Shown here: one piece after another, positions 48,706 to 57,626 of the stretch
How positions within the stretch are numbered: the stretch's first letter is position 1
How the letters are laid out: the number at the start of each line of letters is the position of its first letter
Origin: Candidatus Omnitrophota bacterium
Lineage (GTDB): Bacteria > Omnitrophota > Omnitrophia > Omnitrophales > Aquincolibacteriaceae
DNA length: 64,000 nucleotides
Assembly (NCBI GenBank): GCA_003140935.1
Contig: PLLJ01000039.1
Location: forward strand, 76,007 to 140,006
Reading direction: 5' to 3'
Notes under the pieces: model-generated
Database searches by the model: none
What the model was told of the DNA's origin: nothing
The model's input: only the letters and a program-made list of their open reading frames with translations
Program-made: the position numbers and the translations under genes

Positions 48706-48909
48706 ATGATGGAAGACACAACGAAGCAGGAGCCGAAAAATTCTTGTTACTGCGCGGCGGTGATCGGGGCCGTTGTGATCGTGCTCGCCTGGTGGCATGT
48801 CAGCTGGGGCCCGATCGTTTTGACGATCCTGGGCGTCATGCTCATCATCAAGGACGTGAGAGGCAAATGCGGCTGCGCCTCGTTCTGCAAGCCCAAGACC
48901 GACAAGTAG
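48706..48909 (+). CDS. small membrane protein
   Basis: 2 TM, Cys clusters, AGGAGG RBS. Confidence 0.6.
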   Translation: MMEDTTKQEPKNSCYCAAVIGAVVIVLAWWHVSWGPIVLTILGVMLIIKDVRGKCGCASFCKPKTDK

Positions 48910-48982
48910 TAGGGAAAAAATCCGGGACTTGGGACTTGGAAAAAAACGGTAATCGGTACCACTCGAATAAAAAAAGAGACTT

Positions 48983-49618
48983 ATGCCAAAACGCATTTTG
49001 ATCGGAATGTTATCCGTCCTGCTGCTGGCGGAGGCGGGGGTGTGCGGGGCCGCCGGCGATCCCAAGGTACGCGTGGTGGAGCCCGTGACCGGGATCGCGT
49101 TTCCTTCCAAAGTCCGGTTCTCGCAAGACGGGGAGGATTACACGCTCCGGCTGACGGGGACCGCGGCACGCACCAAATGGTTCTTCAGGGTCTACGCGAT
49201 CGCCCACTATTTGCAACCCCCCCAAAGGGCCGGCCTTTTCGATCCTAAGAACCTCCTCACGGACGGGCCCGCGAAACAGATGACGATCCAGTATGCCCGC
49301 AATGTGCCGGCTCCAAAGATCACCCGGATCTTGCGGGAGGATTTCGAGCTGAATACCACGCCTTCGGAATACCGAGAGATCAAAACCTACGTCGAACAGA
49401 TGCTGGCCTACTTTGTCCGTCCGGTGAAAAAAGGCGACGTTTTTGTGATGCGATGGCTGAGCGGCGGCCGCGTTTATCTGGAGCTTAACGGCAAAAAGAT
49501 GGGCGAGGCGAAAAACGGGCTTTTTGCACGCACCTTGTGGGCTATTTGGTTCGGCGAACATTCGGTGGTGGATCCAAAAGCTCTTATGGCCCAAGCAACG
49601 CGTGAGGCGGGGGCATGA
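48983..49618 (+). CDS. chalcone isomerase-like fold protein
   Basis: TGIAFP, L.G...RTK.FFRVYA, LWAIWFG. Confidence 0.8.
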   Translation: MPKRILIGMLSVLLLAEAGVCGAAGDPKVRVVEPVTGIAFPSKVRFSQDGEDYTLRLTGTAARTKWFFRVYAIAHYLQPPQRAGLFDPKNLLTDGPAKQMTIQYARNVPAPKITRILREDFELNTTPSEYREIKTYVEQMLAYFVRPVKKGDVFVMRWLSGGRVYLELNGKKMGEAKNGLFARTLWAIWFGEHSVVDPKALMAQATREAGA

Positions 49619-50484
49619 CAAAAGAGGTCCCTCGCGTTTCAAGGATCACTCCCGCGAAAAAAGGGAAGCTCGACCTCGGACGGTTCCGAGTCGCGTACCG
49701 GATCTACGGTCATGCCGGTCCTTTTATTACTTGCGTCAACGGGGCGCAGCAGACCATGGCTTCCTGGCACGCCGCCGTGATGAAGTTTTCGGGCTCCTAC
49801 CGGATCCTTCTCTACGATGCGCCGGGCCAGGCCCGCGGAAGTATTTTGTCGGGGGGCACCGCGGTCAGCATTGACGAGCAGGTGGAGGTTCTGCGCGGCC
49901 TGATCCATGCGGTCCTGGAAGCGCGGGAAGACCTTCACTTGGTGGGGGCCTCCTGGGGAGCGGTCATCGCGGCGATCTACGCCGCACGATATCCCGAACG
50001 CGTTAAATTCCTCCTTTTGGCAAGTTTCGGACTTCAGCCTTCGCCTCAGATGATGAAAGTCGTCGAGGGCGCGCGCACATTGTATTTCAGCGAACACCGG
50101 AGCGACGGGGCGAAACTCATTATCGAGACGTTCGGTCAGCGGCTTTCCGAAGAAAATAAGCGCCGGATGATCCTCCAGTTCCAGAATCTGACCGACGAAC
50201 AATTCGATTCTTTTTATGAGCATATCAAGGTGATCGCTTCGACGAGCCATTTAACGGACTATGCGGACCTCGGGAAAATCCGCGCGAAAACAGTGATCAT
50301 CAACGGGGCCGACGATCAGTTGCTCGATAACCGCGATCTGCAGACGGCCTCCCGACTCATTCCTCACAACGAACTGCGCATCCTTCCCGACGCCGGTCAT
50401 TTCCTGCACTTGGAGCGCGAAGAGATCCTGGATATCTATAGGGATTATTTGAAGGCGAACATTCCCGCGCCTTCGTTGGAATGA
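49615..50484 (+). CDS. alpha/beta hydrolase, RhlA/PhaG-like
   Basis: VNGA..T.AS, ASWG, ETFG..L, NGADD, GHFLHLE. Confidence 0.7.
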   Translation: MTKEVPRVSRITPAKKGKLDLGRFRVAYRIYGHAGPFITCVNGAQQTMASWHAAVMKFSGSYRILLYDAPGQARGSILSGGTAVSIDEQVEVLRGLIHAVLEAREDLHLVGASWGAVIAAIYAARYPERVKFLLLASFGLQPSPQMMKVVEGARTLYFSEHRSDGAKLIIETFGQRLSEENKRRMILQFQNLTDEQFDSFYEHIKVIASTSHLTDYADLGKIRAKTVIINGADDQLLDNRDLQTASRLIPHNELRILPDAGHFLHLEREEILDIYRDYLKANIPAPSLE

Positions 50485-50577
50485 AGTGGACCGCGGCACT
50501 GTCATTCCATCCACTCGTTGTGGTACAATCCGCTTGAAACGACGTGTCAGGCCCACCTTTTAAAGGAGAGAAAATTT

Positions 50578-50991
50578 ATGTCCGACTATATCCAAATATG
50601 GCATAAGGAACACGCGAAGATCCTTGAGACCCTCACTGAGTTGATCAAGCTCGATATTTTTAGCAGGACGGGGCAGATGAAGCTGCAGGAACTGAAAAGG
50701 GCGGTCGAGTCGCATCTTACGAATGAGGACCTGCATCTTTATCCCATGCTGAAAAAAGCCGCGGAAAACGATATCGGTCTCAGGCGGGAACTCTTCCTCT
50801 TTGCCACGGACATGGACCAGATCACCGGGGAGATCAAGGCGTTCTTCCGGAGAGAAGAAAGAGATCCGATGAGTAAGGATCTTCCCGCAGAGTTCTACAA
50901 GATCTCATGCGCGATCCGCAGCCGTATTTCCCGCGAAGAGAACATCCTGATGAAAACGCTCGAGAAACTAGCGGACCCGCAGCACGCGTGA
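50578..50991 (+). CDS. hemerythrin-like HHE domain protein
   Basis: KEH, HLTNED..LYP, RISREE. Confidence 0.75.
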   Translation: MSDYIQIWHKEHAKILETLTELIKLDIFSRTGQMKLQELKRAVESHLTNEDLHLYPMLKKAAENDIGLRRELFLFATDMDQITGEIKAFFRREERDPMSKDLPAEFYKISCAIRSRISREENILMKTLEKLADPQHA

Positions 50992-51006
50992 ACCGGTCGC
51001 CCGCGG

Positions 51007-51906
51007 CTACAGCCGGCGCGAAATGGCCTTGTGAAGAAGGGTCAGGACAAAAACGGAAAAAACGATCACCAGGCAGGCCTTGACCCAGTCCCAGATAAGG
51101 GTATGGCATTCGCGGGTCGCGTCCCTGACCAGTCCGTAAAAGAGCATTTCGGTCTGCCAGCGGAGGAGCGTGGGGATGCGCTGGCTGAGGTAGATCGTCC
51201 TCTCGGCGACCATGCGCGCCTGATCGACGGAACGGGTGGCTTCATCCATGTTCACCACCTGCAGGGCCGACAGGAGGCCCGCGATCGAAAAAAGGCTCGT
51301 GGATTTACCGTGACGGCGGGGGTTCATCGACGAAAAATCGGAGAACCGGATATAAGAAACATACCGCTGATCGGGGTGCTCCTTACGCCATTCGTCCACG
51401 AGCGTTTTTAACTCCCCAAGCTGTTCCGGCGTCAGCACCTTGAGCGCGATCGCGTCGATATCCTTCTCAAGTTCATCCTGGACCTTCAAAAGGAAGACGG
51501 CTTTTTCACCGAATCTCTTTGGAGCTTCCTCTTTCCAGACGCCGCCCTGCAAATGCACGAGCACCTCCATATTGAGAAGCGCCATGCGGGGACTGGCATC
51601 GATGGCGATCGAAAAAGCGGCGGAGCAGGGAAAAAGTTTTATGGATTGGATCGCGGTACGCGTGTCGGGATCCTGGCTCTCTCTTTGAAGCGTGTCGGCC
51701 GCCTGGCCGACCATCTGCATGTACCGGTCCGCAAAATCCATGAGGAACCCGCGAAGCTGGCTATAGCTCAGCGGGGCCTGATTTTCCGGAGCCGCGACTT
51801 TTTGGGTCCCCGGCAATGCGAGCCCGAGGGCCGCATGTGCGGCGGGTCCGGCTGAAAGCGTTAGAAGCATCAAAAAAAAGCACGACCTGCAGAAAAAAGA
51901 TCTCAT
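51007..51906 (-). CDS. exported helical protein with C-terminal TM
   Basis: signal peptide; GGAGG RBS. Confidence 0.7.
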   Translation of the reverse strand: MRSFFCRSCFFLMLLTLSAGPAAHAALGLALPGTQKVAAPENQAPLSYSQLRGFLMDFADRYMQMVGQAADTLQRESQDPDTRTAIQSIKLFPCSAAFSIAIDASPRMALLNMEVLVHLQGGVWKEEAPKRFGEKAVFLLKVQDELEKDIDAIALKVLTPEQLGELKTLVDEWRKEHPDQRYVSYIRFSDFSSMNPRRHGKSTSLFSIAGLLSALQVVNMDEATRSVDQARMVAERTIYLSQRIPTLLRWQTEMLFYGLVRDATRECHTLIWDWVKACLVIVFSVFVLTLLHKAISRRL

Positions 51907-52103
51907 AAAACCCCCTCCGGAACCGCGTTCCTTTCTTTTTCAATGAAAGATCAGACCCATTTCCTGCCATTTTATTCTTAAAATCCGGAAACCGCCAGCA
52001 TTCGATGAGGAAGCCGGGCCCGGATTTGTTTTCATGGCATCCGTGACCATTTAGAGTTATCCTAAATCAGGAAAAACAACCTTTGGCCACGGAGGTGACG
52101 TCC

Positions 52104-52646
52104 ATGACTCTTTCGATCCTGGCTTTGACCGGTGTCCTTGCGGCGCTCATTGTGCTTTTTTTCGGGAGAAAGCTTTTTTGGTTCTTTGTCGGTGTCGCGG
52201 GTTTTCTTTTCGGTTCCGCGATCGTCGCCCAGTATTTTCCTTCGCTTTCCCTGCTGGCCTCGGTCGTCATCGGAACGCTTTTCGGTATGGTGTTCGCCCT
52301 GATCGCGCCTTATTTTCAACGGGTCCTTGTGGCGGTCGCGGGTTTTATCGCCGGAAGCTATACCGCCCTGTGGTTCTTCGGGTGGTTGATGCCGTACTAC
52401 CTGAGGGGGGCCTGGATCATTTACTTCGCGGGGGGCGTTTTGGGGTTTCTTTTGGCCTGGCTGCTGTTGGACATGGCCTTGATCTTTTTGTCGGTAGTAC
52501 TGGGGGCCGCGCTTTTGATCGAGACACTCCCTTTTTTCATGGCCGTTCCTCCGGCGGCGGGTCTTTTGGTGTTTATGGCCGGCCTGGTGGTCCAGCTCCA
52601 TAGTTATCAGCTGGCGAGGCGGACGCCTTCGAAGCCGGCCCCATGA
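52104..52646 (+). CDS. multi-pass membrane protein, DUF4203-like
   Basis: FFGRKLFW..VG..GF..G. Confidence 0.7.
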   Translation: MTLSILALTGVLAALIVLFFGRKLFWFFVGVAGFLFGSAIVAQYFPSLSLLASVVIGTLFGMVFALIAPYFQRVLVAVAGFIAGSYTALWFFGWLMPYYLRGAWIIYFAGGVLGFLLAWLLLDMALIFLSVVLGAALLIETLPFFMAVPPAAGLLVFMAGLVVQLHSYQLARRTPSKPAP

Positions 52647-52678
52647 AAAAAATCCATCGGTTGGGGAAGGTCTAAGCC

Positions 52679-53032
52679 ATGTTCGAACGGAGACATCAAA
52701 AGATCGCGCCGGCTCCGGTCTTCATCAAAAGACTGGTCCTGTGTTTTGGGACGGCGTTCTTACTCATCCTGACCGCTTTGTGCCTCGGCGTTGCTGGCTA
52801 TCATTGGATCGCCGGTCTTGCCTGGATCGATGCGCTCCTGAACGCGTCGATGATCCTGGGAGGCATGGGCCCGGTCGATACGCTGACGAGCACGGGCGGC
52901 AAAGTGTTCGCGTCGGCCTACGCGCTTTTTAGCGGGCTGGTCTTTATCGCCGTGATGGGGGTGGTTTTCTCGCCTCTTTTGCATAGAATGCTCCATAAGT
53001 TCCACATGGATGAAAAAGATTTTCCGGAATGA
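52679..53032 (+). CDS. small 2-TM channel-like membrane protein
   Basis: WIDALLNASMILGGMGP. Confidence 0.7.
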   Translation: MFERRHQKIAPAPVFIKRLVLCFGTAFLLILTALCLGVAGYHWIAGLAWIDALLNASMILGGMGPVDTLTSTGGKVFASAYALFSGLVFIAVMGVVFSPLLHRMLHKFHMDEKDFPE

Positions 53033-53094
53033 TACCGGGGATCCCCCGATACCGCAGTTCATAGCCCGTCTGAGAAATAGAGGAAAAAGAAATC

Positions 53095-53829
53095 ATGCGC
53101 ACCGAAGAAGATCTTTATGTGGAAACGGGGTACAAGGTCCTCTGGGAGGATGCGTTTTTTCTCGTGGTGGACAAGCCGGCGCCGCTTCCGGTCCACGCGG
53201 TGGGCCGCTTCAAGGAGAAGAACCTGCTCAGTCTTTTGATCCGGGATATGGGCCCGGGTCCGGAAGGTCTCAGGATCGTGAACCGGCTTGATTCGGAGAC
53301 AAGCGGGATCGTGCTCGTCGCGAAATCGGCTCAAGCGGCGGGGAAGCTCGGGATCCTTTTTGAAAAGAGAGAGGTGGCGAAGGCCTATCACGCGGTGGTC
53401 TTCGGAACGCCCGCCGCTCGCGAAGGAACGGTCTCGATGTCTCTGGGGACCCGGAAGGAGCACAGCCAGCATATCCGTACGTCGGATCCCGGAGGCGAAA
53501 AGGCTCAAACGGATTATCAGGTTTTAAGCAGCGCCGGGGAATATTCTTTGCTCAAGGTGACGCCGCGGACCGGCCGCACCCACCAGATCCGGGCGCATCT
53601 TTCTTTTCTGGGCCACCCCATCGTGGGCGACAAGATCTACATTGATCCGAAAATCTTTGAGCGGTACATTCATGAGGGATGGCGGGAGGAGATGCGGCCC
53701 GTCGTGAAGACCGAACGCCTTCTTTTGCACGCGTCACAGCTGGGATTTTGTCATCCCGTGACCGGAAGACCGGCCCAATTCACTTCGGCGATCCCGCCCT
53801 GCTTCGACGCATTCTTAAATGAGGCATAA
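53095..53829 (+). CDS. RluA-family pseudouridine synthase
   Basis: VDKP, RLDSETSG, TGRTHQIR, LHA. Confidence 0.93.
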   Translation: MRTEEDLYVETGYKVLWEDAFFLVVDKPAPLPVHAVGRFKEKNLLSLLIRDMGPGPEGLRIVNRLDSETSGIVLVAKSAQAAGKLGILFEKREVAKAYHAVVFGTPAAREGTVSMSLGTRKEHSQHIRTSDPGGEKAQTDYQVLSSAGEYSLLKVTPRTGRTHQIRAHLSFLGHPIVGDKIYIDPKIFERYIHEGWREEMRPVVKTERLLLHASQLGFCHPVTGRPAQFTSAIPPCFDAFLNEA

Positions 53830-53838
53830 TAAACACTC

Positions 53839-54202
53839 GGGAGCAATCCCAGTGCGAAGAGGCACGCTCGCGAGACGGAGTGGGCAAGGTGGCAGGCAGG
53901 AATCGTCTCTCGACACCGGCTGTTCACTCCCTCCTGCGGGGAGTGCCAGCCTGCGCTCTCGCTGATGGGATCCGTTCCGCGGAACGGCACCAAGCTCCCC
54001 TCAGCTCCGAGAGCTGTCTCGTTACGATTCCTGCCTGGCCGAATGAAGTCGGTCCCAATACCTATCAATTTCCACAGAGTGGAAATTGGGGCCGTCCTCG
54101 TCGCCATTAAAGAAACAAATGAAAGACAAGGACGGGCGCGCGAGTGAAGATCGCCTCGCTGGGGCGAGCTGAACGATGACGAAGCGCATTGGGATTGCTT
54201 CC
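53839..54202 (+). ncRNA. candidate large structured RNA/ssDNA element, copy 1 (with palindrome-array insert 54052-54133)
   Basis: same stem architecture and conserved linkers as 61793-62075, with compensatory changes. Confidence 0.65.
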
Positions 54203-54256
54203 TAAAATGTGCGAGAATGTTTTCTTTCGATAAGTTTTGAACATAAAGGAGTTGAA

Positions 54257-54433
54257 ATGAATAGCACAACAAAAGGATTAAGGACCGCTTGTTGGGACTG
54301 CGGTTATCGCAGGGATTTCGAGAATACTTTTTTAGGGATCTGCACCTGGTTCGAACTTCACGACAAGGGGCCGAACAAAAATATTCCCCCGGCCCTGGTA
54401 GAAAAAGGCTGCAAGCATTGGAAAAAGAAATAA
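54257..54433 (+). CDS. small Cys-rich protein (CxxC...C...C)
   Basis: AAGGAG RBS. Confidence 0.6.
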   Translation: MNSTTKGLRTACWDCGYRRDFENTFLGICTWFELHDKGPNKNIPPALVEKGCKHWKKK

Positions 54434-54435
54434 AG

Positions 54436-55146
54436 ATGAAAAGGGCAAAGCGCGTTTGGGCCGTCGTGGCGGCAGGTTTTTTTCTTCTCGCCGGCATTTC
54501 CCAGCGCTCTCTGGCGGCAGCGGAGGGTGTTCCCCGGCTGCCCAGGTTTTATTTGAACGGCCAGCCCGCGACCTTGACGATCCAGGACTTGTCGGGTTTT
54601 GGGACCCGGCCTTTGCGACTCTTGATCGAAAGGAATAACCGGAAGCGTCGCGAGGAGCTCATCCAGGTCTATGCCCTCGGAGCGCACGAAGGGGACGACC
54701 TGGGGATCGAACTGGCGGCGCCGCTCCCGGGGATGCGCGTGACGCTTTACAAGATCCTGCAGGAGCCGGGCGGTTCCCGCTATTTGAGTATGCCCTCCTC
54801 CGTTTATTTTGATAAGCCCGGCCAGACCCTTTACCGGGAAAACACCGGACTTTTCCGGGAGGCCTTTTTCATTATCGTTTACGAGAAGACCGATTCGCCC
54901 GATGAAAAAGAGATCAATGTCCGTTACTTTGAGGAACGGGTGAGAAAGCTCTCGGTCGCGGCGAAGACCAATTTCCTGTTCTCCTCCCTGAAATTAAAAA
55001 TGAAGGATTTTGCGGACCTGAAGGCCGGGGAATTCTTCGAAAGGGACGCGCAGCTCCTGGTCGACCGGCTCATCGATCCCCGCCGTATCTTTCTGGTCCG
55101 GATCTGGAAAGCCGCCAAGCCCGCAGCGGAGACGAAGAAAACATAA
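54436..55146 (+). CDS. secreted hypothetical protein
   Basis: signal peptide; follows previous stop by 2 nt. Confidence 0.7.
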   Translation: MKRAKRVWAVVAAGFFLLAGISQRSLAAAEGVPRLPRFYLNGQPATLTIQDLSGFGTRPLRLLIERNNRKRREELIQVYALGAHEGDDLGIELAAPLPGMRVTLYKILQEPGGSRYLSMPSSVYFDKPGQTLYRENTGLFREAFFIIVYEKTDSPDEKEINVRYFEERVRKLSVAAKTNFLFSSLKLKMKDFADLKAGEFFERDAQLLVDRLIDPRRIFLVRIWKAAKPAAETKKT

Positions 55147-55147
55147 T
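55111..55147 (+). repeat. 37-bp direct repeat (second copy 56384-56420) flanking a histidine kinase gene
   Basis: 35 of 37 positions identical. Confidence 0.9.
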
Positions 55148-55263
55148 TCGGAGCCTCATAAAACTTCCTCCGTGAGAGGGAACTTTTGTGGCAGAATACA
55201 GATCATACAGTGCCTTTTACTTTGGGATGTAAGAATGGCCCCAAGCCTGAAAGGGATCGATTG

Positions 55264-56346
55264 ATGGCATGGAAGCTGGATTTGAACCGGTATTGCGAAA
55301 GGCATCGTTTTCCCGTAGGGGTCTTGGGGGGAGCGTACATTTTGGGTATCGCTTTCCTCGATTACGCGACGGGCACCGAAGTTTCACTTACCGTTTTTTA
55401 CCTTCCGGCCATTGCTCTTTTTTCCTGGTATTACAGCAGGCCCTACGGAATTTCCGCAGCGATCCTCAGCACCCTCTTATGGTTTTACGGGGATTTTTTG
55501 GGCGGGCGTTGGTCCGCCCATCCCGCGATCGCCTACTGGGACGGGAGCGCGCTCCTGGGTTTTTTTCTGGCCTTTTCCATGACCCTTCAGAACCTGCGGT
55601 TAAGATTCAAAAAACAACAAGAACTCATGATCACGACACAAAGGGTAAGCGCTGAAATTCAAAAGATCGCGGATATGCAATCCCAGTTTGTCAGCACGGT
55701 TTCCCATGAGCTGAAGAATCCTCTGGGGGTGATCCGGGAATCCATGAGCCTGATCCTTGATAAACTCGCGGGGGAAGTCAGCGGCGAGCAAAGAAAGATC
55801 CTCGAGATGGGGAAAAATAGCGCGGAGCGGCTGATACGGTTAGTCGGCGATCTTTTGGACCTTTCAAAAATAGAGGCCGGCAAGATGAAATTGCGGCCGG
55901 AAGATATGGACCTTGGGATCTTAGTGACGGACGTATTAAAGATCTATGCGAATGAGATCTCAAAAAAACGGATCGTGCTTCAAAAAGAGATCCCGCCCAA
56001 CATCGGATTGCTGTGGGGGGATCGTGATGCATTGATCCGGGTGGTCATCAACCTTGTCAATAATGCCATCAAATACACGCCGGAAGGGGGTTGCATTACG
56101 ATCAAGCTCACGGGAAGCGCAAGGGAGGTCCGTTGTGAGATCGCCGATACGGGGCCGGGCATCCCCAAGGAATCTTTTGCGAAGCTCTTTAATAAATTTG
56201 AACGGGTGATGGTTGAAAGACAAGAAGGGACCGGATTAGGCCTTGCGATCAGTAAGGATATTATCGAACTTCATAAAGGAAAGATCTGGGTGGAGAGCGA
56301 AGCTGGAAAAGGAAGCAAATTCGTTTTCATTTTACCCCGATCTTAG
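55264..56346 (+). CDS. membrane sensor histidine kinase
   Basis: N-terminal TMs, VSHELKNPL, NLVNNAIKY, GTGLGL. Confidence 0.92.
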   Translation: MAWKLDLNRYCERHRFPVGVLGGAYILGIAFLDYATGTEVSLTVFYLPAIALFSWYYSRPYGISAAILSTLLWFYGDFLGGRWSAHPAIAYWDGSALLGFFLAFSMTLQNLRLRFKKQQELMITTQRVSAEIQKIADMQSQFVSTVSHELKNPLGVIRESMSLILDKLAGEVSGEQRKILEMGKNSAERLIRLVGDLLDLSKIEAGKMKLRPEDMDLGILVTDVLKIYANEISKKRIVLQKEIPPNIGLLWGDRDALIRVVINLVNNAIKYTPEGGCITIKLTGSAREVRCEIADTGPGIPKESFAKLFNKFERVMVERQEGTGLGLAISKDIIELHKGKIWVESEAGKGSKFVFILPRS

Positions 56347-56549
56347 AAGAAAATGTTCCATCTGAAGTAGCTCAAAGCGATCCGCCGCCAAGCCCGCAGC
56401 GGAGATGAAGAAAACGTAATCTAGAATTCATCCCGCCGTAATGTCACATAGGCTACGCTTCCATCAGAAGTGAAGATCGACGCTGAAATCATTTTGATCG
56501 GAAGCGGACGGTCGAGGATGGAAAATCATTTCACCAAAGGAGAAACACG

Positions 56550-56726
56550 ATGAAAAAGCTAGCGCTGGTTGCGGTGATGTTGTTGGTCGCGGGAACTGCC
56601 GTTTATGCCGCGATGCCTGCCAAGAAGGTCGAATGCAACGTGAACGGGAAGACGAAGCTCGTCAAGACCGTTGATGCCTGCAAAGCCTTAGGCGGCACGG
56701 TGGTTGAAGCGAAGAAAGTTTCATAA
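56550..56726 (+). CDS. small secreted protein with a Cys pair, 58 aa
   Basis: AAGGAG RBS, MKKLALVAV signal peptide, C...CKALGG, terminator downstream. Confidence 0.7.
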   Translation: MKKLALVAVMLLVAGTAVYAAMPAKKVECNVNGKTKLVKTVDACKALGGTVVEAKKVS

Positions 56727-56762
56727 AAAAACCCGAGATTTTTTCGGGGAGTGTGTCGACGG

Positions 56763-56800
56763 AAAGGGAGCTGCCTTGAAAAGGGCAGCTCCCTTTTTTT
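56763..56800 (+). terminator. Rho-independent terminator
   Basis: AAAGGGAGCTGCC/GGCAGCTCCCTTT plus T run. Confidence 0.88.
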
Positions 56801-56945
56801 GTGCGCGCGGGTCCCGGGCCGGCGGCGGACCCTGCCACCCGTTTCCGCGGATAATTTTTTGTCTTTATTTTAAGGTTTAGTGATAAGATTTTGCGTTCGA
56901 TGGTAGGGTCCGATCGTCCGAAGTTCTCTGCTCTGAGAGGTATCC

Positions 56946-57626
56946 ATGCGTATTCTTTTGGCCGAAGATGACAGCCGTGTTGCCAGTTTTGTGCGCCGCG
57001 GTTTGCGCGAAGAACAGTATGCCGTGGATGTGGCCACGGACGGTGAAAAAGCGTTTCTTATGGCCCAAACCGGGGAATACAGCCTCATCATTCTGGACCT
57101 CATGCTCCCTAAAAAGGACGGGATGGAGGTGCTGCGGACGCTTCGCGCTTCCAAGTGCGGCACCCCGGTCCTGATCCTGACCGCGAAAGACAAACCCAAA
57201 GATAAAGTGGAAGGGTTGAACGCGGGCGCGGACGATTATCTGACCAAGCCTTTTGGCTTCGAGGAACTCCTGGCACGCGTGCGCGCGCTCTTGAGGCGCG
57301 GCGGGAACATGGCCCCGACCGTCCTTGCCGCGGGAGATCTTCAAATGGACACGCTGAAACACAAGGTGCGGCGCGGCGGCAAAGAGATCGATCTCACGAA
57401 CCGGGAATACGCCCTTATGGAATTCTTCCTGCGCCATCCGAACGAAGTGGTCACGCGCACCACGCTTTCCGAGCAGGTGTGGGAGGCTGATTTTGACACG
57501 TTCTCCAATGTCATCGATGTGCACATCGCGCGGCTGCGGCAAAAGATCAACGATGGTTTTTCATCGAAACTTTTGCAGACCGTGCGCGGCAGGGGCTACA
57601 TCCTCCAGATCTCCGAGATCGAATGA
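56946..57626 (+). CDS. OmpR-family response regulator (CusR/CzcR-like)
   Basis: LDLMLP, GADDYLTKPF, VIDVHI..LR, TVRGRGY. Confidence 0.93.
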   Translation: MRILLAEDDSRVASFVRRGLREEQYAVDVATDGEKAFLMAQTGEYSLIILDLMLPKKDGMEVLRTLRASKCGTPVLILTAKDKPKDKVEGLNAGADDYLTKPFGFEELLARVRALLRRGGNMAPTVLAAGDLQMDTLKHKVRRGGKEIDLTNREYALMEFFLRHPNEVVTRTTLSEQVWEADFDTFSNVIDVHIARLRQKINDGFSSKLLQTVRGRGYILQISEIE

